Part shown: piece by piece, positions 24,166 to 37,368 of the stretch
Layout of the letters: each line of letters begins with the position of its first letter
Position numbering within the stretch: position 1 is the first letter of the stretch
Source: Octopus bimaculoides
Lineage: Eukaryota
DNA: 63,919 nucleotides
Direction of reading: 5' to 3'
Assembly (NCBI RefSeq): GCF_001194135.2
Contig: NC_068982.1
Location: 98,442,197 to 98,506,115 of the forward strand
The notes under the pieces: generated by a model
Seen by the model: only the letters and a program-made list of their open reading frames with translations
Databases searched by the model: none
What the model was told of the DNA's origin: nothing
Program-made: the position numbers and the translations under genes

Positions 24166-27135
24166 TGTTGGGTGGCCATTGACTGTTCAGGAGTTCTCCG
24201 CCCTTTGACGGGTCTTATTTTTCATCATGCACGGTGTCCAAGAACACCCTCCTCACCAGGCAAGCCTGGTAGGATTACCAGTTTAGTCGCCGACGACCCG
24301 ACCATGCGACAAGTCGTACTGGATGACATGTTACCAGTAGCACTCAAGAGTGACCTGGATGCACCCAAGATCTAAGCACTGGCATCTCATAGATTATATT
24401 CTGATCAGAAAACGTGATATGAAAGACGTTTCTAGATTTCGGGCCATGAGAGAGGCAGAGAGCTGGACTGACGATCGTCTAGTGCGTGGAAAAATAAATT
24501 TTTCGATAATGCCTAAAAATTGACAGCCTGATTCTAAGGTACCCAAAAAGTCCAATGTTGCAAACTTTAAATTATCAAGCAACTTGCAAAGATTCCACGG
24601 TGCTAGGGAAAGTATCAATCTTGACCCAAACATTCTATGGGAAGATTTCAAAACAAAAGTGTTTCAGGCTGCAAGTTCGTCTGTGGGATTTAAATCACAT
24701 AAGTCCAGTGACTGGTTCTCAGATAGATCAGCAGAAATTCATGATCTACTTTTAGAAAAACAAAACTTAGGCAATATACTTCTTTCTCAGTCTTTGAACC
24801 CCAATTCAAACAAAGCTTACAGAAAGCTGAAAAGGGAAAGTGCAGACTTCTCTAGGGAAAATTAAACAGAACTGGTGGAATGATAGAGCAAAAGGGGCAC
24901 GAGAAGCAGCTGATAGAAATGATGCCAAGGGTTTGTACTCTTATGTTAAGGAGGTATATGGCCCAAACTCCTCTTCAACAGCTCCAGTGAGAACAGCAAA
25001 TGGACGTTTGCTTGTGACTGACACCGCTTCTATTCATAAGCACTGGATAGAACATTTTTCTACACTTTTGAATAGACATTCAACCGCTGATATGAGGACA
25101 AAAGAAGAAATCGAACACCTTCCAGTTATAAAAAAATGGCATTTCAACCAACTCTAAATGACATTTATTTAGCTGTGAATAAGCTGAATAACAATCAGTT
25201 TCCAGGGTCTGATGGAATCTGTGCTGAAGTTTTGAAATATGGGGATGACAAAATGTTTTGAACTCTTAAATATATTAATTTGTCACTGTTGGAGAACTGA
25301 GAAAGTGCTTAAAGACTGGATTGAGGCCATTTTAGTCTCCTTGTATAAATCGGGGCCAAAGGGTCTGTGTGGTAATTTTCGTGGAATTTCGCTTTTGTCT
25401 GTAGTTGGAAAGGTACTTGCTCGTATTTTGTTAGAACGTTTAAATACCTTCATTGTTCCAAATATAGTGTCTGAGTCTCAGTGTGGTTTTTGTTCCTCCA
25501 GGGGCACAGCTGATTGTATCTTTACTATCAGACAATTACAAGAAAGTGCATTGAACAGAATCTTGCGCTATTCCATTGCTTTGTTAATTTGAGCGAAGAA
25601 TTCGATACTGTTAATCGAAATACTCTGTGGCTAATTCTAAGAAAAATAGGTTGCCCAGAAAAATTTATGAATATGATCAGGGCTTTGCATCAAGATATGA
25701 AAGCTAGAGTTAACTTTGGTGGTAGGCTCTGAATCTTTTGCCGTGGAAAATGGAGTAAAGCAAAGAGACCTTGATGCACCCACCCTCTTATACTTTGCTG
25801 TGTTGTCTCATACTTTTCAAAACTTTGAGGAGGGTATTTACATAAAATATCGAACAACGAGGAATATTTTTAATCTAATCAGACTGAAATTCAAAACGAA
25901 GATTTTTACTTCACTCATTAGGATTGCGAAGCAGGATTCTGAAACAGGTCTGCAATCTCTTGTATCTGCACTTGACTCAGCTTGTGATGATTTTGGCTTG
26001 ACCATCAACTTGGAAAAGACAGTTGTAATGCATCAACCTGCGTGTGGTGCTGTTTGTAACTCCGCTAAAATTTTTGTTAAGGGGAAGTTACTTGAGTTTG
26101 TCGATTCGTTCATCTACCTTGGAAGCTCTGTAAAAAATTATGGAAATCTTGATACAGAAATACATCTGCGAATTCAAAGGGCAGCAAAAGCATTTGATGG
26201 ATTGGAGTCACGCGTTTGGTGCCAACGACATATAAATAAGAATACAAAGCTGGCTCTTTACAAATCATTTGTCTTACCATCCCTGTTGTATTCTTGTGAA
26301 ACATGGACTTGTTATGAATGGCATTTTAAATTGTTAGAACAATTCCACCAAAAATGCCTTTATTGTATTTTAAACATTAAATGGAATTCTTTTACTGAAA
26401 ACACAGATGTCCTTGCATCTTCAGGCATCACCTCAATTAAAGCTACGATTTTGAGGAACCAAATGAGATGATGTGGCCATATTTTTCGAATGGCGGATGA
26501 ACGCATGCAGAAACAGCTGTTTTATGGTGAACTTGAAGAGGGGAAATGCTATAGGTGTAAACCTAAAAAAGGGTTTAAGGAAGGCATAAGGACTACTATG
26601 AAGTCACTTGAAATGGATCCAGAAAACATAGAAACCCTTGCTTCGGATCGAGTTGGATGGCGAAGAAAAGTGTGGAGTGGAGTGAAAGCGTTTGAAGAGG
26701 CCAGGATAACGCAAGTAAGACTCAAAAGAGATCTAAGGAAGAATGTTACAACCGAGAAGGTGAATCACAATGATCTTTTTGCGTGCGCAGTTTGTGACAG
26801 CTCATGCCTTTCTTTTGCTGGCCTCAAATCTCATCTGCGAACGCATGGAAAACGAACTTCCACCAACTATTCTGCCTATATGTATGTGCACACCTTTGAA
26901 TGCAGTGTATTCCAGAAGGTTTGCAAATCTAACGGGGGCCTCAAAAGACATTTTAAGATCCACAAAGATCAGAATTTATCTGCAGCTCTTGGTGGTCCAA
27001 ATCGGATTTGCGATCTATGTGGGTGACTTTTCAGAACATTGTCTGGTTTAAAAAGCCACATCAGATACCAGAATGGTTCTAAGGGGTAGGTACAGGAAGT
27101 GGTCAAACTCTACATAAGGATTAGACAACCACCAT
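24166..27135 (+). mobile_element. RTE/BovB-like LINE, near full length but internally deleted and frameshifted
   Basis: TWMHPRSKHWHLIDY (APE C-terminus) at 24353; RT motifs FRGISLLSVVGKVLARIL, ESQCGF, GVKQ, GLTINLEKT, FIYLGS, SLLYSCETW; catalytic ADD motif missing; C-terminal C2H2 fingers; (TA)-rich tail. Confidence 0.95.
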
Positions 27136-27158
27136 ATATACCATATGTCTATATATAT

Positions 27159-27440
27159 ATAAACAATTATAAATAAGGGCAAAAGATATAATTTCCATGC
27201 TAATATTCTGAGAAATAGACTTTAAATCGTCAATCACCACATACAATATACATCACTATGAGTACACGGTCTGCTGAAATCGAGGAGATAACGCGTTTTA
27301 AAAAAATTCCGTTAACTTGCTTTCCTCGAACGTGTATTCATAGTGATGTATATTGCATGTGGTTATTGACGATTTAAAGTCTATTTCTCAGCATATTGGC
27401 ATAGAAATTTTTCCTTTTGCCCTTTTTTATAATTGTTTAT
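27159..27440. mobile_element. Foldback MITE (about 110-bp arms, 62-bp spacer, TA context)
   Basis: 27159-27268 is an imperfect reverse complement of 27331-27440. Confidence 0.8.
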
Positions 27441-27536
27441 AATTTTCACCTTTAAAAGTATTTTAATATGCTGGCCACTTGATGAAATTTAGAAAAAATT
27501 TTTTTTTCCTATATTAGAAGTATATATATATATATG

Positions 27537-27586
<50 letters not shown>

Positions 27587-27922
27587 CATACATATGTATA
27601 TACATATATGCATAGACACACACACTCGCATGCATACACGCGCACACACATACACACACACGTATACCTACTTCTACTTGGACTTGCAGCGGGGTGGGTT
27701 TTGAGACACCTCCGACCTGCTCGGTGTTTCAGTGGGTAATACGAATTCACATGTGGTCCCCAGTCATATGTGTACACAGTTTGGAATATTGTGGCCCGAG
27801 CAGATGTAGCCTGGGTTCAAAGTGGGTTCTAGAGACATGATTTAACATAAGCGAAGGGTTGTCTCACTCCCAGTGGTCTTTCAGCACGCCGAGCACTAAT
27901 CCAGAATTTCTGAGAGCATATG

Positions 27923-28815
27923 TACGGTCTGATCAATAAGTATCCGGGTTGTTGCAATAGAAACGAATATAAAGCACGCAGAGTGAAGCCGCTTGGCAAC
28001 GATTGATCTTGAACTCTTCTGTGCATGCACACTAAGTTTTAATGTTCTAGCTTACGTCCACTGTTTACAGACAGCAGTGCTTGAAAGGAAGGTATGTAGC
28101 TTGTGTGATCGTCGCATTGACCATGACAGAGAAAGTTGTCATGGCGATACTTGCTCAGAGGCCTACGCAATGTTGCAGAAAGTGTATGGAGAGGAGTGTA
28201 TGAGCTGCACACAAACGTACGAGCGGTTCAGGCGTTTCCAAGATGGCCGAAAAAATGTCGATATTGACGAACGTTCTGGGAGACCCGTAACTAGCAGAAC
28301 TGAGAAAAACATCGCAGATGTGCATGCAGCTGTAAGAGGAAATCGTCGAATCACCATTCATGAGTTATCAGAGGATGTGCGGATTAGTTAAGGTTCAGTT
28401 CAGTCCATTATCTTTGGATATGAGATGCGTGTCTGTTAAGTTTGAGCCAAAACTGCTTTCAGTTGACCAAAAAGACACTCGGGTTTCAGTTGCACAAGAT
28501 CTCCTTGATTGTGTCGAGAACGATGAAAACTTTTTGAAAACTTTGCTTAGGCCTCTGAGCGGGTATCGTCAAGCCTTTGGCAAAATTTGATGCAGATTCT
28601 CTGCTCAACTTTCTCTGTCATGGTCAATGTGACGATCACACGCTACATACCTTCCTTCCAAGCACTGCTGTAAACAGTGGAAGTGAGCTATAACGTTAAA
28701 ACTTAGTGCGCATGTACAGTAGAGTTCAAGATCAATTTGTGCCAAGCAGCTTTACGTTGCGTGGTTTAGTTTCGTTACTATGGTGACAGTCCGGATACTT
28801 ATTGATCAGACCATG
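27923..28815 (+). mobile_element. Mariner-derived element made of two inverted 5' ends
   Basis: TIR GGTCTGATCAATAAGTATCCGG at both ends. Transposase N-terminus SEAYAMLQKVYGEECMS...RSGRP...NRRITIHEL on +. The right arm (about 28542-28815) is an inverted copy of the left end and ORF start. Confidence 0.85.
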
Positions 28816-29877
28816 TATATAAATGTATGTACGCACACAAACACACACACACACACACACACATTCTCATGCACACACATACACACGCACGCTCACGCGC
28901 GCATACACATGCGCATAGAAAATCATGCACACACATATACATGCATGCACACTAGAGTACACACACACACATATACATGCATGCACACTAGAGTACACAC
29001 ACACACATGCACATGTATATTAGTGGCGTCAAGTGTATGATTGCAATGAATAATCATGACTGCAAATAACAAATCCAATCTTAGTCTTATATTGTTTCGA
29101 GACAACTTCAAAACCCAACTTTACTGATATGATTTTAATTTTTAAAAGAAAAATTTCTAAAGGAAGATGAAACATTGTCAAATTAAACACAAGACATCAC
29201 TCGTCTTCAGGTTTAATATAGTGGTTTCCAGTATTTTACACAAGTGGACCCTTTTAGTAAATCAATAATCCCCACGACCTCCTTTGATTTATATATANNN
29301 NNNNNNNNNNNNNNNNNNNNNNNNNNNNNNNNNNNNNNNNNNNNNNNNNNNNNNNNNNNNNNNNNNNNNNNNNNNNNNNNNNNNNNNNNNNNNNNNNNNN
29401 NNNNNNNNNNNNNNNNNNNNNNNNNNNNNNNNNNNNNNNNNNNNNNNNNNNNNNNNNNNNNNNNNNNNNNNNNNNNNNNNNNNNNNNNNNNNNNNNNNNN
29501 NNNNNNNNNNNNNNNNNNNNNNNNNNNNNNNNNNNNNNNNNNNNNNNNNNNNNNNNNNNNNNNNNNNNNNNNNNNNNNNNNNNNNNNNNNNNNNNNNNNN
29601 NNNNNNNNNNNNNNNNNNNNNNNNNNNNNNNNNNNNNNNNNNNNNNNNNNNNNNNNNNNNNNNNNNNNNNNNNNNNNNNNNNNNNNNNNNNNNNNNNNNN
29701 NNNNNNNNNNNNNNNNNNNNNNNNNNNNNNNNNNNNNNNNNNNNNNNNNNNNNNNNNNNNNNNNNNNNNNNNNNNNNNNNNNNNNNNNNNNNNNNNNNNN
29801 NNNNNNNNNNNNNNNNNNNNNNNNNNNNNNNNNNNNNNNNNNNNNNNNNNNNNNNNNNNNNNNNNNNNNTATATTGT

Positions 29878-30255
29878 GGAGGCGCAATGGCCCAGTGGTT
29901 AGGGCAGCGGACTCGCGGTCGTAGGATCGCGGCTTCGATTCCCAGACCGGGCGTTGTGAGTGTTTATTGAGCGAAAACACCCAAAAGCTCCACGAGGCTC
30001 CGGCAGGGGATGGTGGCGAACCCTGCTGTACTCTTCCACTACAACTTTCTCTCACTCTTACTTCCTGTTTCTGTTGTGCCTGTAATTCAAAGGGTCAGCC
30101 TTGTCACATTGTGTCACGCTGAATATCCCCGAGAACTACGTTAAGAGTACACATGTCTGTGGAATGCTCAGCCACTTGCACGTTAATTTCACGAGCAGGC
30201 TGTTCCGTTGATCGGATCAACTGGAACCCTCGACGTCGTAAGTGACGGAGTGCCA
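29878..30255 (+). mobile_element. tRNA-derived SINE family B (Arg-like head)
   Basis: GGAGGCGCAATGGCCCAGTGGTTAGGGCAGCGGACTCGCGGTC head with A/B-box-like motifs; near-identical to the copies at 55059, 58926 and 63614. Confidence 0.92.
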
Positions 30256-31244
30256 GAATATATTATATTATAGTATATTATATTATTATATATTATGTTA
30301 TATTATTATATTATATTATATCATATTTACGTCCGTATACCTATTTTATGACTGCTTTGATGTCATTAAAAACCGCCTGTCCAGCTTTTATATTAGGTTC
30401 TTGGTTCGGTCTGAGCACTAATTGTGTATATGTACTGTATGCCTTTTCTCGACGTATTCCTACTCATTACAAATTATTCATGAATATTTCCAAGGAAAAG
30501 ATTTTGTCATCGCGACCCTTTCAAAATTATACCACGGCCTTTACGATAGGTACGGCTGATTTAGAACGAGATTTAATATATATTCTCCTACAATTTTAAT
30601 TAAGGCAATTATTCGACGATGTATCGCAGGATTTTTGTCGCTTATTGTTACGCTTGCAACAACAGTTGATTGATTAACTGTGGATAACATATAGTTTGCA
30701 TGCAGTCTAATTAGTGAAATTATGCCTTCTACTATTGTTAACCTGAATAAGACTCAATAAGATCCACATTGCGAATGTTTTCTAGAGATTTTCATTCCAT
30801 ATTTAGCTTAGAGCATGATTAATTGTTTTCTTATTCTTAATTAAGTGTTCTATTTTAGTGAGAACTGGAACTTTACTTTCTAGTTAACGTTGAACATTCA
30901 CAGCAGAAAGATTTCGATGAGGATTAGAAGACAGGTCAGAGTCGAAACGTTAGTGAATAGTAAAACATCGCGTGAAAAAGAATATGCATGGGTGGGATTC
31001 GAGGAATTTTGTTGGTGTTTCACGAAGTTACAATGGGAGCTAAAGAAAGTTACTCATATTCATATGTAAGTTAACATCAGCTTAAACTGATGATGATAAT
31101 GATGATGATGATGTTGATAATGATGAGGAGGAGGAGGAGGAAGAGGAGGCAAAAGAGTTGAAGTAGAGAATTTTGATGAGACGTGAAATGAAAATAAAGA
31201 GGAAGATGTAGATTCCTTGTTGTGGATGAGGATGATTATGGCCT

Positions 31245-31246
31245 CC

Positions 31247-31280
<34 letters not shown>

Positions 31281-31576
31281 CGACGATGGCGATGATGACG
31301 ATGATCAGGAGGAGGAGGAAGAAGAAGACTGCACCGTCGCCGCCTACTCCGCTGCCAATGACGACGACATAGACGACGACGACGATGATGATGATGATGA
31401 CGGTCGTGACGATGATGACAATGATGACGACAGTGATGATGACAATGACGATGATGATGATGATGATGACGATGACAATCATGACGACGATGACAATCAT
31501 GACGACGACGACGTCAATGATGATGATGATGATGATGATGACGATCATGGTGACGACGATGGTGATGATAACGATA

Positions 31577-31618
<42 letters not shown>

Positions 31619-31770
31619 GCGCGGACGACGATCATGACGTCGACGACGATGACAGCGACGACGACGGCAGTGACGACGACAACGACGATATGGACGACGA
31701 TGACGACGACGATGACGATGACGATGATGATGATGATGATGATGATAACGACAACGCCACAGCGACGACG
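31245..31770. repeat. (GAT/GAC)n imperfect trinucleotide tract
   Basis: Direct reading; gives the poly-Asp ORF 31222-31800. Confidence 0.9.
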
Positions 31771-32660
31771 ACGATATGGTGTGGTAAAGCTGGAAATTAG
31801 AGTAGCATGTCTCCTGAGGTGATTGGAGAGATTCAGAGGAGACTTAAGCGTATAATTTTTAATAAGAGAAGCTCTCTCTTATGCTAATAGATTCGGCTGG
31901 CCCGAAATATAAAAGTCGCCTCATTAATGACCTCATCTGACATGTGGTCAACCGTAAATATCATGTCAGAGAACTGAGAAATAAGATGTGTAAGATGTAA
32001 TTAATGAAATTAATCAAAACCAATTATGTATACGGTATTAGTTAAGCGTTGCATCGTTCTACTTCTTCCTTACCATTGACTGATGCCATTACAAGTTATC
32101 GCTTACGATCCGGTTTGAATTTCCGGTAGAAACCAATTTCATTCACTTAAGCTGTTACACTCCTGGAAGAGATGTATTTACTGGCGCGAGTTGACTATTA
32201 AAACAATAAAACCACTCATTTGCAGCACCAATGGATGCGTCTTTTGTGTGGTTATTTTTTCAAAGTGCTGGGTTTATTATGGTGCAAATGGTAAATTGCA
32301 ATTTATTTTTTAATAATCTTTAATCTTTAATCTTTAATCTTTAACTAGTTTCAGCTTGAAAGCTGCGGTAATGCTGGAGCACTACCGTTGGATTTGCTAC
32401 ACCTTCATTATTTGAGACCTTCTCTGATGTGTGGCATTTGCTGAATGTGGAAGTTTGATGCCGCTGTCCTCATCTGTGTTTCTTGCCGTGACGTAGGCTC
32501 ATCCAGAACCCTTGACGGGAGGAGCTCCAGTTTTGTTTTGAAGGCACCCACATTGTCACCAAGCAGTACAATTGATTGGTTGCACTTAGAGCATCAGTTA
32601 TCCCTATTCCGGCCATGTGTCTATGTTACATACTGTTATTATTATTATTATTATTATTAC

Positions 32661-32706
<46 letters not shown>

Positions 32707-33974
32707 GTTGTTGTTGTTGTTGTTGTTATTCGTTTCACTACAATGCTCCAGCCTGTAGCTAAAAAAAAGAAAGTACTACAAATGTGTGCCGTTTACGTTT
32801 CCGTAACTATGGAAACAAGAGAACCGTGTGGTATCAGGAGCAGAGGACGTAATTGACCAAACGTCTTTGTGCATTAAGAAACGGTTCCTTCGAGTTGAGT
32901 TCAAATATATCGAGGGTTAACTTAGCTATTTTCGTCGTTCGGTAACATTTATAAATACTTATTTTTAGGTTAATTTTGGGATTTAGTCAGAGGAGGAAAG
33001 GCACCGCCCATAACCGTCTGATGAATCTCCAAGACTACTGAGTGAAAAAGAGGAAGAGGAACGACGGTTCTAAATGGTTTTACAAGAAAGGAGTCAATTA
33101 AAGGGACCCAAAGTCCAGCCGATGGTGTTAAACCAGACGTGCACCGATGTCTCAGCGTATCGATTCCACATACTTCTTCAAAGATTAATCAAGTCCTTAA
33201 AAAATCCTGAATCATGAGAACAGCCAACAATGAGTCGATTTCATGATCCGGTCTTTCTCCTATTGCTCACTCTTTTTTATTTCACTTTATAACATTAAAT
33301 CTTCAGACAAAAAGGTTAACTCCACCACTCCCCACTTCGTGTTCTCTATGAATCTCAAAGCGCTGATGGCCAAATGTTAATGGTACCAGGTAGGCAGTTT
33401 TGGACGGCTTGAGGGGTAATGGATACTGACCTACCTTTGAAAGATTCTACCTTGTCCCAGGCACTGCATTACTGCATGATTGGAATTTAACTCTCATTAG
33501 CTAAATTCAGCAAGTACCAGGTAGGTAAGGTATGTGGTAGAACACCTGGTTATGAACAGCTGTAGCATTGTGACGAGTGAATTGTTGGTATGTAGTGTTA
33601 ATAAAAATTCAGTTGGCGTCATCCTTTCCAGGGAATATTTATTTCATATCCACTTAGCGTTGCCGGAAACAGGGGTAAGATAAGCATGTTATTTGGTAAA
33701 AGATTAACTATATATCTGAAACCTTGTACTTTATCAAAATACATAATTGTAGAAAAGGGAGTAAATGGACAAATTAATGTGATTTATAGTCTGTTAGTTT
33801 ATTCCGCTTATCCCTTTTCTGATTACAGTCATTGCATTGAGGCCATGGTAGGGCACCACTACAAATACTTATTTCAACCTGACACTTATTTTATCGTTTT
33901 ATACTAATCGAATAGCTAAGTTAAATTCTTGATATATAGTGAGTTAACCTCGACACATCAGTTTATACCACTAT

Positions 33975-34125
<151 letters not shown>

Positions 34126-34304
34126 TGTGTATATGAAGGTTGGTGAGACATGATTATGTTGGTGTCGATTTTCCTATTAGTCCCTCATGTTTCCTCTGAA
34201 ACAATAACGCCCCTAAATCTGTTAATCTATTTACATTTTTAAGACATTCACCGCCACATCATCAGGCTATACTAAAAGTTACTAGCTTAATGTACCGAGC
34301 AGTA

Positions 34305-34706
34305 AGACGACGAGCTGGCAGAAACGTCAGCACGCCGCTACGTTCTGAGTTCAAATTCCGCCGAGGTCGACTTTGCCTTTCATCCTTTCGGGGGTCGATT
34401 AAATAAGTACCAGTTACGTACTAGGGTCAATATCATCGACTTAATCCGTTTGTCTGTCCTTGTTTGTCCCCTCTGTGTGTAGCCCCTTGTGGGCAGTAAA
34501 GAAATAAGAGACGTTAGCAGGCTGAGTTAAATGCTTAGTGGTATTTCGTCTGTCTTTACGTTCTGAGTTCAAATTCCGCCGTGGTCGATTCGTCTTTCAT
34601 CCTTTCGGAGTCGATAAATTAAGTACCAGTTGCGTACTGGGGTCGATCTAATCGACAGGGCTTCCTCCCCCAAAATTTCGGGCCCTGTGCCTAGAGTAGA
34701 AAAGAA
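34305..34706 (+). mobile_element. Two tandem SINE family C copies (34305-34509 and 34510-34706) with different 3' ends
   Basis: Shared ttctgagttcaaattccgccg.ggtcga..gcctttcatcctttcgg.gtcga..aataagtaccag domain (Meta-domain-like by recollection). The tails differ. Confidence 0.85.
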
Positions 34707-35946
34707 TATACCGAGCATTGATTTCGATCGCAAACCATATGGTCTCGAAACACCCATCTTAACTACACAATCATTCCTGAGTTTATAGACTGTTAACTTG
34801 CTTTATTATTCTCTGCTTTTATGCGCTTCAGTCCTAAGGCTGTGGCTATGCTGGAGCACCGCCAGAGAAAAACAGGTAATGGGTGTATGACATTGTTCAG
34901 GCGTTCTTGCTCTTCCATCAACATCACATTTGCTTTTTGTTATTTTTTTGTTTATTCTTTCCTTAGAAAAAATTCCTTTTACCACGCAAACATCATTATC
35001 TCGTCTACTGTATACTGATGGACATAATTAGAAGTCCGTTGAATAAATGGCAATTAAGTAAATTTGTCATGACGGTTAAACAAATATAATTACAAGATGT
35101 GATATAATATCTTTAGATGTGCAATGACAGAAAGGTAACGGTTTTTAAATATATAATGTCGGATAGGAACGGCTAAGATAATTCTTAAATGTGGCCTGTC
35201 TTGCCAAGAAAGTGAGAGATATGGAACAACATAATACTTTTTCTTTTTGAAGTCCTTTCCTTATAAATTAAAGGAGATTCGGTGTCTGCTGTTTACGTCA
35301 TCTGTTAGGCGGATGAAATCTGATGGTAGACATTTCAATGTGCTATGATGGGCAGAATAGGGATGTTAATGCCATGAAATACACCCATTTAGGTAGGTTA
35401 ACTGCCGAAAATATTATCTTAAATCTACGAAAAAATGTCGGTAAAAAAAAATTAGAAGCATATGATCTGAAATGGGTCAGTTCAGTTCAAACGAATGAAG
35501 TACACAAACATACACACACACAATCACACACACACACACATACACACACCACACACACACACACACACCACACACACACACATACACACACAACTCACAT
35601 ACACACACACATACCTGCACTCACACGCACGCACACATGCAGGAACGCACCCAAACATACACATACTTAGACTCACATAGGTATCATCGCTTGTCATCTC
35701 TGGACGAACAGAACTATGACCATAGGCGCTCCAGATCTGGATATCTCGTTTTATTTCGCGACAGTGTGTAATCTAAAATCTTATTATCCAATTCATCTTT
35801 TATTTTCTAAGGTAGTATGATGTGAATTAAAGTTGGATCCTTAGGGTTGTGTTACGATAATTTGAGAAAACACATTTCACATGAACAGGTAAACGAATGT
35901 ATATATATGGGTAATTACGGGGCAGGGGTTAATGATTATTAAAGCA

Positions 35947-36005
<59 letters not shown>

Positions 36006-36489
36006 NNNNNNNNNNNNNNNNNNNNNNNNNNNNNNNNNNNNNNNNNNNNNNNNNNNNNNNNNNNNNNNNNNNNNNNNNNNNNNNNNNNNNNNNNNNNNNN
36101 NNNNNNNNNNNNNNNNNNNNNNNNNNNNNNNNNNNNNNNNNNNNNNNNNNNNNNNNNNNNNNNNNNNNNNNNNNNNNNNNNNNNNNNNNNNNNNNNNNNN
36201 NNNNNNNNNNNNNNNNNNNNNNNNNNNNNNNNNNNNNNNNNNNNNNNNNNNNNNNNNNNNNNNNNNNNNNNNNNNNNNNNNNNNNNNNNNNNNNNNNNNN
36301 NNNNNNNNNNNNNNNNNNNNNNNNNNNNNNNNNNNNNNNNNNNNNNNNNNNNNNNNNNNNNNNNNNNNNNNNNNNNNNNNNNNNNNNNNNNCTCACACAG
36401 ACATAGAAATGATCACATGTACATGCGACACCTCCATTTATAGATGCATACACAAAGAAACATACATACCTGCAGACACACACTCACGC

Positions 36490-36543
<54 letters not shown>

Positions 36544-37119
36544 CATATACATATATACACACGCAAATATACATTTATATGTATGTATGTATGTATGTAT
36601 GCGTACTTTTTATGTACAGGGCACAGTCATACAGAAAATATTAAAATGCAATCACAATAATGCACAACTTACACAAAGCTTAAGTCTACACGAAGACCGA
36701 GACACGCAAAAGCATTCATACACACATACACACATACATAAACACATACATAGCATTTATACACAAACACGCTGGCAGAAAATCACATGATGCACACTCC
36801 AGTACAGTCTCATATACAAAGACACACACACACACACACACGCACACGCACACACACACGCACACGCACACACGCACACACACACGCACACACGCGCGTA
36901 TGTGTTGTGTTTGTGTGTATATGTGCATGTGTGTATGTGTGTGTGTATAAACCAGACTAGTTATGGGCAGGAGCCAATTACAGATGAACGACTCAACTCG
37001 GGATTAGATGTCGCGATTAATATAATCTATTAGATTATTTAAAATCTTTACGTAATTTGTGTGTGTGTAAATACACAAACACACACACATATATAAGCGT
37101 GTGTGTATGTGTATGCATG

Positions 37120-37165
<46 letters not shown>

Positions 37166-37194
37166 TATATGAACTACTAGCGTTCTACCTCAGA

Positions 37195-37368
37195 TTTGCG
37201 TTTGGCCGTACGGCTTTTGAATGTTGTTTTCACTGTCCATTTTTTCCTGTCTTGGTTTGTGTTTGCCACCTTGGAATCCTCTGTGTAGTGGGTTGATCCA
37301 CTACTCAGGAAGAGACTATTCTAGAGTACGTCCTGTCTGGTCTTCGAAACGTCTAGATAGAATAGAGA
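37195..37368 (+). mobile_element. Possible Penelope-like terminal repeat fragment
   Basis: CTCAGGAAGAGAC...GGTCTTCGAAACGTCTA resembles the CUGANGA(A)...GAAACGUH motif; runs into a gap. Confidence 0.35.

Noticed and set aside
26490-27026. Host C2H2 zinc-finger gene
   Set aside because: Colinear with and part of the RTE LINE ORF; lacks TGEKP linkers.
29878-29950. tRNA-Arg gene (also SINE heads at 55059, 58926, 63614 and family A/C heads)
   Set aside because: tRNA-like heads continue into SINE bodies and lack a proper acceptor stem and terminator.
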